A model generated the notes under the pieces. It ran no database searches. It saw only the letters and a program-made list of their open reading frames with translations, and was not told where the DNA came from. From positions 200,756,001-200,820,000 of the forward strand of contig OZ024742.1 of the NCBI GenBank assembly GCA_964016885.1: DNA of 64,000 nt, in the 5' to 3' direction. This stretch comes from Eledone cirrhosa (lineage: Eukaryota). Below are positions 53,267-64,000 of the stretch, piece after piece; within the stretch, counting starts at the first letter, position 1, and every line of letters starts with the position of its first letter. The position numbers and the translations under genes are program-made.

Positions 53267-54548
53267 AAAATTGTGTGGGAAGAGAGTTCCAAGGGTGTGT
53301 AGGGAAGTGAGGGAAAGACATTTAGAAAAAAGAGGGGAGAGGAAAAGGAGGAAAAACGGTGGAAGGGGTACAAATAAAAATAAATATAAAAAAATAAAAA
53401 TAAAAATAAACATGAAGATAAACAAGTGGTGGAAGGGTGTGGGGCGTGTAGGGGTGGTGGCGGGTGGAGTGGGGAGAGGGAGGCGGGGTGTCCGAGCGGG
53501 GAAGGCTGAAGGTGGTGTATGTGTGTAGGTGTACGTATGTGTTTGTATGTGAATGTGCGAGTTGGGGGAAGAACGAGGTTCCATGTTCAGGAAAAGGTGT
53601 GTTGTGTAGGGTGGGGTGTAGGTCTGTGTGTGTGTGCGCGTGTGGATGGAGAGGGATCAGAGGGATGGGGGAGGGTGTTTATACGTATTGTGGAATAGGT
53701 GGCGTGGTTGGAAAAAAAATGTTTGTGAGTGTATGTCCGTGGGTAAGTTCCTAAGGTAGTTCCGTAGAGGGTGTGGTGAGCTGCCGGATATTTTCCTTGT
53801 GATGGAGTTGATGGTGGGAACGATGGCCAATGTGTGTAATCCGTGGTAGTGTTGGTCGGAAGAGGGGAGATGTGGGGTGCGCGCTCAACAGGAAGTGGTC
53901 AGAGGGTCAAGGCAGGAGGAGGGTAGAGAAGATTGACAGGTGGAGAGGGCTGTGTGTCTGTGTGTGCGGAGAAGTGGTCAGAGGGTCAAGGCATAGCAGC
54001 AGTAGAGGAGATTGGCAGGTGGAGAAATTCAGTGTGTCAGTGTGTGCGGAGGTGCGGAGGACAGGGGAGAGGATGGGTAGGTGTGAAAGGTGGAGTGGGA
54101 AGGGGGTCCTGCCAGGTGATGGGGTGTGTATTAGTAGAGGTGTTAGTGGGATGTGTGTGTGTGAAGGGGTGTTGGTGGAGCGGGGAGAGGGAAAGAAAGG
54201 TGTGGGGGACGATGGAGGAAGTGTAGTGTACTGGTGTGTGTGTGCGTGTTTGGATGAGTGTGTGTGTTAATATACTGGTGGTGGGGAAAGGGTTGAATGC
54301 GGGTGTGTTAGTGGGGGTCAGTGGTAGTAGGGTGTGTATATATGTACCGGTGGGTGTGTGCGTGCTAGGGGGAGAGGGGAGGGGGAAGGGAGAAATAGGT
54401 TAGTATTGTTAGTTGGGGAGTGTAGTCGGGGTGGGGTGTTAGTATTGTTAGTTGTGGGGTGGGCGGTGAAAAGGAGGAGTGTGTTAGTGGTGTTAGTGGG
54501 GGATATGTGTGTGAATGTGGGGGGGGGGGGGGACAGGGCGCTCGAAGG

Positions 54549-55043
54549 CTAAAGGAATAGGGGTGGGGAGTTCAGGCCGGGGGAGTGTGGGTCTGTAGGC
54601 TGAAGATGGCCGTTGGGACCCTGGAAGGTGGTGGTGTTGGTGATGTGGGGGCAGGTGTTGCAACGAGGCCTGGAACAGGGAAGGGAACCGGGGGGGGGGG
54701 CTGCGGACGAGGAGTGTGCGGAGATTGCGTGCGCGTTTGAAGGAGGGGAGTGGTGGGGAGGGGAAGATGTGGGAGGTGGAGGGTCGGACTGGAGGCGTCG
54801 GAAGAGGCGGAGGATGGTGCGGTGGAGGAGTAGGGTGGAGGAGTGGCAGGTTTTGGGGAAGGGGAGACGGTGGGTGGGTGTGCGGTGGCGTGGAGTGAGG
54901 GTGGTGGAGCTGTGGACAGCACGGGCGCGAGTGAGGGCGGTGTGGACGAGAGAGAAGGGGTAACCTCTGCGGATGAAATGGCTCGCAAGGGAAAGGGCCT
55001 GGGATTCAAAGTCAGCATCTCGGCTGCAGAGGCGGCGGATCCT
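54549..55043 (-). pseudogene. PLE RT thumb and Cys-rich linker fragment
   Basis: IRIRRLCSRDADF..HFIRRGYP..PCSRPRCNTCPHI..FQGP; GIY-YIG not found downstream. Confidence 0.8.
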
Positions 55044-55044
55044 G

Positions 55045-55082
<38 letters not shown>

Positions 55083-55310
55083 GGAGAGAGAGAGAGAGAG
55101 AGAGAGAAATGGTGAGAGAGAATATGTGTGTGTGCATGTGTAATGTGTGTATAAATGTGTTTGTATAATCACTACCGCACACATACACACAGTTACAGTC
55201 TAATAGACAAAAGACACACGCAGATCCCCTACACAGACACAAATACACACGCACGTGTGCAAACACAACTACTGCGTGAAGCTACCCGACATAATCCACC
55301 CACCCGCAAC

Positions 55311-55761
55311 CTCCATCACCACCAGCACCACCTCTACCACCACCATCTCCACCATCAACACCACCACCAACACCACCACCACCAGCACTAGCACCACCAC
55401 CACCACCACCACCATCACCACCACCACCACCACCAATACCACCACCACCACCACCACCACCAATACCACCACCACCAATACCACCACCACCACCACCACC
55501 ACCACCATCACCAGCACCAGCACCACCACCAGCACCAGCACCAGCACCACCACCACCACCACCACCATCACCACCACCACCACCATCACCACCAATACCA
55601 CCACCACCAATACCACCACCACCACCACCATCACCAGCACCACCACCACCATCACCAGCACCACCAGCACCACCACCACCATCACCACCACCACCACCAC
55701 CACCACCACCACCACCACCACCAGCAGCACCACCAGCACCACCACCACCATCACCAGCACC

Positions 55762-55792
<31 letters not shown>

Positions 55793-56160
55793 CCACCAGC
55801 ACCACCACCACCAATACCACCACCACCACCACCACCACCACCACCAGCACCACCACCACCATCACCACCACCACCACCACCACCACCACCAATACCACCA
55901 CCACCACCACCACCACCACCACCACCACCACCACCATCACCACCACCACCATCACCACCAGCACCACCACCACCATCACCACCACCACCACCACCACCAC
56001 CACCACCAATACCACCACCACCACCACCACCACCACCACCACTACCACCAGCACCACCACCACCATCACCACCAGCACCATCACCACCACCACCACCACC
56101 ACCACCAATCCCACCACCACCAATACCACCACCACCACCACCACCACCACCACCACCACC

Positions 56161-56191
<31 letters not shown>

Positions 56192-56205
56192 CCACCACCA
56201 CCACC

Positions 56206-56236
<31 letters not shown>

Positions 56237-56250
56237 GCACCACCAGCACC

Positions 56251-56283
<33 letters not shown>

Positions 56284-56439
56284 ACCACCACCACCACCAC
56301 CAGCACCACCACCACCACCAGCACCAGCACCACCACCACCACCAGCACCACCAGCACCACCACCACCACCACCACCATCATCACCACCACCACCACCACC
56401 ACCACCACCAGCACCATCACCACCAGCACCACCACCACC

Positions 56440-56470
<31 letters not shown>

Positions 56471-56475
56471 CCACC

Positions 56476-56506
<31 letters not shown>

Positions 56507-56514
56507 CCACCACC

Positions 56515-56545
<31 letters not shown>

Positions 56546-56559
56546 GCACCACCAGCACC

Positions 56560-56592
<33 letters not shown>

Positions 56593-56610
56593 ACCACCAC
56601 CACCACCACC

Positions 56611-56641
<31 letters not shown>

Positions 56642-56649
56642 CCACCACC

Positions 56650-56680
<31 letters not shown>

Positions 56681-56694
56681 GCACCACCAGCACC

Positions 56695-56727
<33 letters not shown>

Positions 56728-56745
56728 ACCACCACCACCACCACC

Positions 56746-56776
<31 letters not shown>

Positions 56777-56784
56777 CCACCACC

Positions 56785-56815
<31 letters not shown>

Positions 56816-56829
56816 GCACCACCAGCACC

Positions 56830-56862
<33 letters not shown>

Positions 56863-57078
56863 ACCACCACCACCACCACCAGCACCACCACCACCACCAG
56901 CACCAGCACCACCACCACCACCAGCACCACCAGCACCACCACCACCACCACCACCATCATCACCACCACCACCACCACCACCACCACCAGCACCATCACC
57001 ACCAGCACCACCACCACCACCAGCACCACCACCACCACCACCACCAGTACCACCACCACCACCACCACCACCAGCACC

Positions 57079-57109
<31 letters not shown>

Positions 57110-57392
57110 CCACCACCATCACCACCACCACCACCACCACCACCAGCACCACCACCACCACCAGCACCAGCACCACCACCACCACCAGCACCACCAGCAC
57201 CACCACCACCACCACCACCATCATCACCACCACCACCACCACCACCACCACCAGCACCATCACCACCAGCACCACCACCACCACCAGCACCACCACCACC
57301 ACCACCACCAGTACCACCACCACCAGTACCACCACCACCACCACCAGCACCACCAGTACCACCACCACCACCACCACCAGCACCACCACCAA
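55311..57392. repeat. 2.1-kb degenerate (ACC)n array with higher-order blocks
   Basis: ACC with AGC/ATC/AAT variants; blocks repeated in 56150-57350. Confidence 0.95.
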
Positions 57393-57718
57393 CGGTGAAC
57401 CCGTACTGCCTCTTTGGTTTCATCTAAATCCACCTTTCCCTTCCCATTATGCTGTACCAAACAGTTGTTCCTGCCCCACCTAAACATTACCAACACGACT
57501 CAAAACAATTTACTGTGTTACGCCCCGCCACCAAACTAACGCTCTCCACATGAAAGCACGCAACCAAACCCTGCCTCCACCACCACCATCACCGCCACTA
57601 CTATCGCCACTACAATCATTGCTAGTGCCAACAGCAACGCTGCTACCACTTCCCCTTTATCATATCTTCCAGTTACCTCCTACATCTTACCTCCAGTATA
57701 TATAATATATATATATAC

Positions 57719-57764
<46 letters not shown>

Positions 57765-57851
57765 AGGAGGGAGAGAGATATATATAGTTATATAGATAAC
57801 ATGTAATACATATATATATATAACATATATATATATATCTATATATCTATA

Positions 57852-57927
<76 letters not shown>

Positions 57928-57930
57928 ATA

Positions 57931-57983
<53 letters not shown>

Positions 57984-58124
57984 CACTTTACACCCATGTA
58001 TAACTGTTATCTTGTTGAAGGACAATTTAGTAAGTAGTAAGAATCAGTGATATCAAATGAACCATAACACATTATACATAAAATATCTACACCCATCAAC
58101 ACACACCCATAAATTATGTATGTA

Positions 58125-58171
<47 letters not shown>

Positions 58172-58291
58172 CATACATATACATATATATGTACATACAT
58201 ACAAATTGCATCGTAATGTTCATCCGATTTGATTTTTTTTGTTGAAATTCCTAATACACACATACACACACACATATATATATATATATAA

Positions 58292-58387
<96 letters not shown>

Positions 58388-59172
58388 GTGTGTGCGTGCG
58401 TGCGTGCGTGCGTGCGTTTGCGCACGTCTGAATTGCTAGCGCAAACTTGCTATCTTACAGATAACGTATTTATATTTTCACATAGGTGTATACATATATG
58501 TATGCATGTATATCTATATGTATATAGGACCGTAACCTAGCATGGTTTAACATTTTCGCTTCACAATGATAATGCATGGATGGCATAGTTTCAGGTCGAA
58601 CCAAGACCTTTGTATGAATTTGCGATGCCGGCAACTGTTTGGGAGCCCGTCCGATGAACTCTAACTGTAATTTAAATGGTTTGCCTTATTACACACAGAG
58701 CCAACCTGAATCTCCTTAAACAATTGTGTTAAGTCTAGACTTATCAATAGAGTTCTCAACCAACTGATCGTTACTTACAGGACCAGGTTTTTCTGTTGAT
58801 TGAACAACTGGAACACTCCTCGTAGAAACCGACGGAGGTCCATTCTCTGAGTCATTCAATTACACGATTCGTGAGCAGTTTTGACGTTGTTAATACTGTA
58901 GGATAAACGTTCATGTCTAAAGTATGAAAATTAGAAGGATATCCAACAGACAGTTGTATACGAGACTCCTTTTAGTGTCAGTGTTTTTTCTTGCATTTTT
59001 GTTGATTATTTTCCATGTTGATCTATAATTGCCAACGTCTAATGTCACGTCCTATTGTTCAGAGTTTCACACGCTACTCTCGAACACACACTCAAACACA
59101 CTCACACACACATGTGATTGCGTGAATGTATATATATATATATATATATGTACACACACACACACACACACG

Positions 59173-59207
<35 letters not shown>

Positions 59208-59286
59208 GTGTGTATATATAAGATCAGTCTATTACATCCATATGTTTTTCACATCACTATTTTCTACTCAAAACCATGTGGGAGGG

Positions 59287-59376
<90 letters not shown>

Positions 59377-59402
59377 ATATATATCTGTATATATATATAT
59401 GT

Positions 59403-59449
<47 letters not shown>

Positions 59450-59457
59450 CATGTATA

Positions 59458-59525
<68 letters not shown>

Positions 59526-59827
59526 AAGAATGAGTTCGCCATATTTCAGCGTTGTTGGCATTATCTTACAATCTTTCTTCTGGAGCTGAACGAAATAGCA
59601 AGAAACATGTACCATTAGCACTAAGTCCTCTCCTGCCGACAGATGTGCGACTATTAACAGGAATCGTGCGAGAAACACATCACCATTATTCTAGAGAAGA
59701 TTCCTGTTTAAAACGAGGATGAAATATTAAGTGCTGAGAGATGTATGTATGTACGTAGATACGCACGTACGTATGTATGTATGTATGTATGTATGTATGT
59801 ATGTATGTATGTATGTATGTATGTATG

Positions 59828-59858
<31 letters not shown>

Positions 59859-60077
59859 GTAAATATGTATGTATGCCATAAATGTATTTATGCAAATATT
59901 TATATATGCATACCTGTATACATGTATATATGTTTGTATCTATGTATAGATACACGTAAACCCGCATGTGTATATGTATGTATACATGCATGTATGTATA
60001 TATGTATGCATGTAAGTATGTATGCATGCATGCATGCAGGTATGTATGTATGTATGCATGTATGTATATATATATGT

Positions 60078-60375
60078 CAGGTCACCAGTTGGTGCTACTG
60101 GTAACATGTATCCCAGTACAACCTGTCTCATGGTCGGGTCGTTGGCGACTAAACTGGCAACCCCACCAAGGTTTCTTGGTGAGGAGGGTGGCTTTGGACA
60201 TCCTGCAAGACTAAAAACAAAACCTGTCAAAAGGCAAAGGGGCTCTTAAGAGTCAATAGCCATCCAAAATCACCGGGAGAGATGACCCCTTAGCCTTTGT
60301 CAAGGCAGAATTCTAGGAGAAGGAAAACTCTGATATAACACCTGCAACCCTGATGGTATCCAATGATGTTGAATT
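60078..60375 (+). mobile_element. Probable RTE-type 5' UTR fragment; related copy at ~63400-63470
   Basis: CTAGGAGAAGGAAAACTCTGAT..AA.CTGC..GATGG...CCAATGATGTTGA shared by both loci; RTE assignment from recollection of RTE 5' UTRs. Confidence 0.45.
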
Positions 60376-61399
60376 GTTCTTCTTTTTGGTAAATATCATC
60401 TTGGTTAAGAGAGTGGGACTGGCTTTGTGCAGTGCCTTTGCTCACTATAAAAGCTTCACAGCACAGGCATTGCTTTATATCTGGAGATCTCTCTGCACTT
60501 GTCGTCACATGGTACCATGGGCCCAGCACTATGTGTCAATAATTGTCACAAGTGTAGTGTTTGTACCAGAGTTTTCAAGTCGCTGGCTGGACTAAAAAGT
60601 CACACTCGTTCAGCGCATCGGTAGGGGTTCTCCTACATGGATATAAAGTAGTGGCCGTACTCGAAAACGAGTTGGCAGCCACCATGTATATATGGATGTG
60701 TGTGTGTGTCTGTGTGTCTGTGCATCTATGTACATCAATGTACGAATGTATGTATCTATGTGTGTACGGATGCATATAAGAACTTATATATATATATTTG
60801 TAGATATGTAAATATACATATACATAAGTAGGTTTACATATAAACACATATATACATGCGCACTTTAGCTTACACACATTTCTATTCTAATGAAAGGCAT
60901 TGCCAATGATTTACAACTAATTTTGAAATTATTCAAGAATTCAGAAAGATTTAGTAAAATAATTATTTAAGCTGGCGTTAACATGGCAGCTTACATAAAA
61001 TTATAACGGGAGGTTTTTAGATATATTTAGACATTAACACTTTCGTTACCATATTTCTAATGGAAGACTACAATTTTTAAATATTTCTAAAAAAAAATAA
61101 TGAAAAGTTTGGAGGGATTTAGTAATTATTTCTAATTATGAAGCTGGTTTTTGAAACCGTCATAATGTAGAATTGTTATGGGCTTTTAGATAAATATTAA
61201 ACGCTTTATAATAAATTGCCTAGTATCATAGTGATATAAATACGGATAAACATTTCGGACGTGCTTTCTAAATAACATACAGGCGAAACTAGTTGAATTC
61301 TTATTTACGTCCTTGTCCTAAGTTAGAACTCATTATTGTGAAGGGAATTAATAGCTGGTGTCTAGTTTTCTAACTCTCCGGTTTCGACGCCATCTTTAC

Positions 61400-61690
61400 A
61401 ATTTGTTCAAACAACAGCCCAGACTTCTCGCAACATTAACTTACATGTGACTGAGCATTTCACAGGTACGTGTACCCTTAACGTAGTTCTCAGAGAGATT
61501 TAGCGTGACACATATTCAGTGTCTGACAAGGCAGGCCCTTTGATTTATATATACAAATCAGATTTTCTTGTTCAGCGGAGTGGTGCAAACGTGAAATGAA
61601 ATATCTTGTCCAAAGACAACGCGCCTACCGAAATAGAACTGACTACCTTACGATCGTGAGCCGGACACCCTAATTACTAAGCCACGTGTA
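61400..61690 (-). mobile_element. SINE family B copy (others ~33440-33610 -, 44190-44360 +, 58530-58840 +)
   Basis: Shares AACGTGAAAT..TCTTG.CCAA and CGAT.G.GA..C segments with 27400-27530, and body segments with 3868-4235. Confidence 0.6.
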
Positions 61691-63013
61691 TTCATTCGAT
61701 GTTTCATAGATTTTTTGAGACGAGCAATTTTGTGAGACGTGGGGGTATTTCATTTAATTTCATTTATAAACATATTATGTTAACAATATTTTACAAACAA
61801 AAGTTATACAATGATGGATATATTAAAAAAAGATAAAAGCAAAATTGAGTAATGCAAAATCCAAGGAAGGAGGGTAAAGAAGGGCAGATCTGACTGTAAA
61901 GGAAAGTAGAGGAAAGGACTATAAATGTGAAGAAAAGTTGAGAAAGAGTAAGGACTATTAAACAACTGGAAAAAGAGTGGGGAGGGAAAAGAGTGACAGA
62001 CTATGTGCCTAGGTTGGGGCGGTGCTTCTATCTGGCAAACTTTAAAGAATTTGTTATCCCATTTTCTATCGTATGCTTTATTCTAATACAAGAACGCCGT
62101 TGTGAATGGGACAGAATATAGGCTGTAGTTTGTGTAAGACAAAGGAAAGTGAGATTAGGAAGGAGGGAAAAGCTTGAGGTAACGCTGTGTACTACAAAGG
62201 AATAGTTTGAGAGGGGCTTAAGACAAACAACTCTTCGGAATTTAGATAAGCATAAGTATAGAATTCGAATAAGAGAGAACAAGTTAAGCTTTGCTAGAAA
62301 TTTAAATACTCCATACGACGAGCTCTCACAGGAAAAAGTTATTTACCATCATCATCACCCGAGGGATTTTTAACAAATGTCTTCCTTTGTGAAAAGAAGT
62401 TAAGTATTAAAGGCAGACGTTATTATCGACTACATGCAGCAGAAGACTAGAAGACTAGCCAACCAGCCAGCAACAACAGCAACAGCCCAGAGGGATTACA
62501 AACTCCACAATAATATAATATTCAAGTATTATCCATTGAAAATTGCGACTAAAGTATAACGTATGGATTCTAAGTAGTTATTAAGTGGGAAGAAGAAGCT
62601 GAAGAAGCTGATGAAATCGAAAATAAAGGGTTTAAAACGTGTTGAAGCTTTTCCATCTGGTCGCCATCTTTAACATAAATGTAGCAACACAAGTATGTGA
62701 CAAACGAAGTGGATTTATTATGTTATTATTTATTCTTTTATTCTTTTATTTTAGTCTTTTTCTGGTTTTGGGGTTGCGGCCATGCCGGGGCACAAGTTTC
62801 AATGGGGTATTAATCGATAATATTGCCTCCCCTACCCACACTAATACTTTGTCTGGTAAATTGTTTTATCGAAGCTGTAAGGGACAAACATGAGTATCTT
62901 TCCCTCAATGTAAGGTCACGTGTCTCTGACTAAAATAGTACAAGATAATTCTGTTCGGCCAAGCCTTACTACACACACACACACACAAACACACACAAGC
63001 AGACACACACACA

Positions 63014-63080
<67 letters not shown>

Positions 63081-63750
63081 ACATATTTATATATATACAT
63101 ACTTTTTTAATATTGAGGTAGCTGAAATTATTTCTGGTAAAGGGATTTCTATGAACTTTCAACCCCAACTTGTGTGCGATATGTGTGTGTGTATGCGTAT
63201 GTATGCATGTGTGTATGTATATATGTATGTGAGTATGCATGTATGTATGCATGTAAGTATATATGTATGTATGTATGATGTATGCACGTATATAAGTATG
63301 AATGTATGTATGCGCAGGAACAAGAAATTATTAGGTTCGGTGTCCGAGCGCGCAGTTACCCCACCGTGAGTGTCAGACCGCTAGTTCCTTTTAGGACATC
63401 ATCCTAGGAAAAGGAAAACTCTGATGTAAAATCTGCGCCACGATGGCAGCCAATGATGTTGATCTGTTCTTCTTTCTGGATACTTGTCACCATTATTCAG
63501 AGTTCGGGATTGTTTAAGTGCAAAATCTTTGTTCAAATAAAAAAAAGAAGAAAACTTAAAGTACAAGCATCACTTGATCTAAACGACTTTCACGTGTGTT
63601 GCATGAACATGGCTTCTTCTTATTTCTTTTGCTGCAGTATATGCTGAAAGAAATCTAAGTATTGGCAGGGCTAAAAAGTCCCTTTTGTGTCACCCATGTG
63701 TGAGAAAAAGTTCAAGGGATGGCAATTCTCAATACCGATATGCAGTCATT

Positions 63751-63883
63751 AGAGGTTAATATTAGAAAAGGCATCTACAGGGCAAGAACTGTTTTATTCG
63801 TATGAAATCATCAGGATTGTCTGATGATTTCATACGAATGAGACAGTTCTAGTACTGTAGATGCCTTTTCTATATAAACCTCT
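63751..63883. repeat. Palindrome with ~64-bp arms centred on back-to-back hammerhead half-cores
   Basis: ..GAAATCATCAG gattgt CTGATGATTTC..; arms imperfectly complementary. Confidence 0.7.
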
Positions 63884-64000
63884 GTCTTCACTCTACACAT
63901 GTATTGAGTAACTTATTTACTGTGGGAACCTCCGACTCAAGTCGGGATCAAGACCCCCCCCCCCCCCACATATATATATATATACTAGGAGAAGCGTGTT

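Larger units (their letters stand above)
53158..55043 (-). mobile_element. Truncated Penelope-like (Neptune-type) element between (TA)n tracts
   Basis: RT thumb/linker ORF plus 3' hammerhead motif. Confidence 0.75.

Overview
AT-rich eukaryotic (animal) genomic DNA with no host protein-coding gene that I can support. The repeat landscape suggests a cephalopod such as Octopus, which is inference only. The window is dominated by microsatellites ((TA)n, (CA)n, (TATG)n, (GAA)n, (ACT)n, a 2.1 kb (ACC)n), two 21-bp minisatellites and many retroelement pieces. Recognisable elements: a 5'-truncated R4/Dong RT+RLE element (11.9-13.5 kb); an internally deleted Tx1/L1-like LINE (13.9-16.5 kb); a CRE-clade element (40.7-42.5 kb); RTE fragments; about 17 copies of one tRNA-derived SINE plus a second SINE family; and about 10 Penelope-like element (PLE) remnants, mostly next to (TA)n. 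Two things stand out. (1) There are about a dozen hammerhead-ribozyme (HHR) motifs from unrelated sequence families, nearly all with palindromic stem III. Some have C3-G8 covariant cores, and several lie in long inverted duplications or in ORF-less, retrozyme-like units. (2) The SINE and the Tx1-like LINE share a similar 3' end and an (ATT)n tail, and they stack head-to-tail in (ATT)n runs that a Dong element also targets. Almost all ORFs in the supplied track are translated microsatellites. All coordinates and folds were read by eye.
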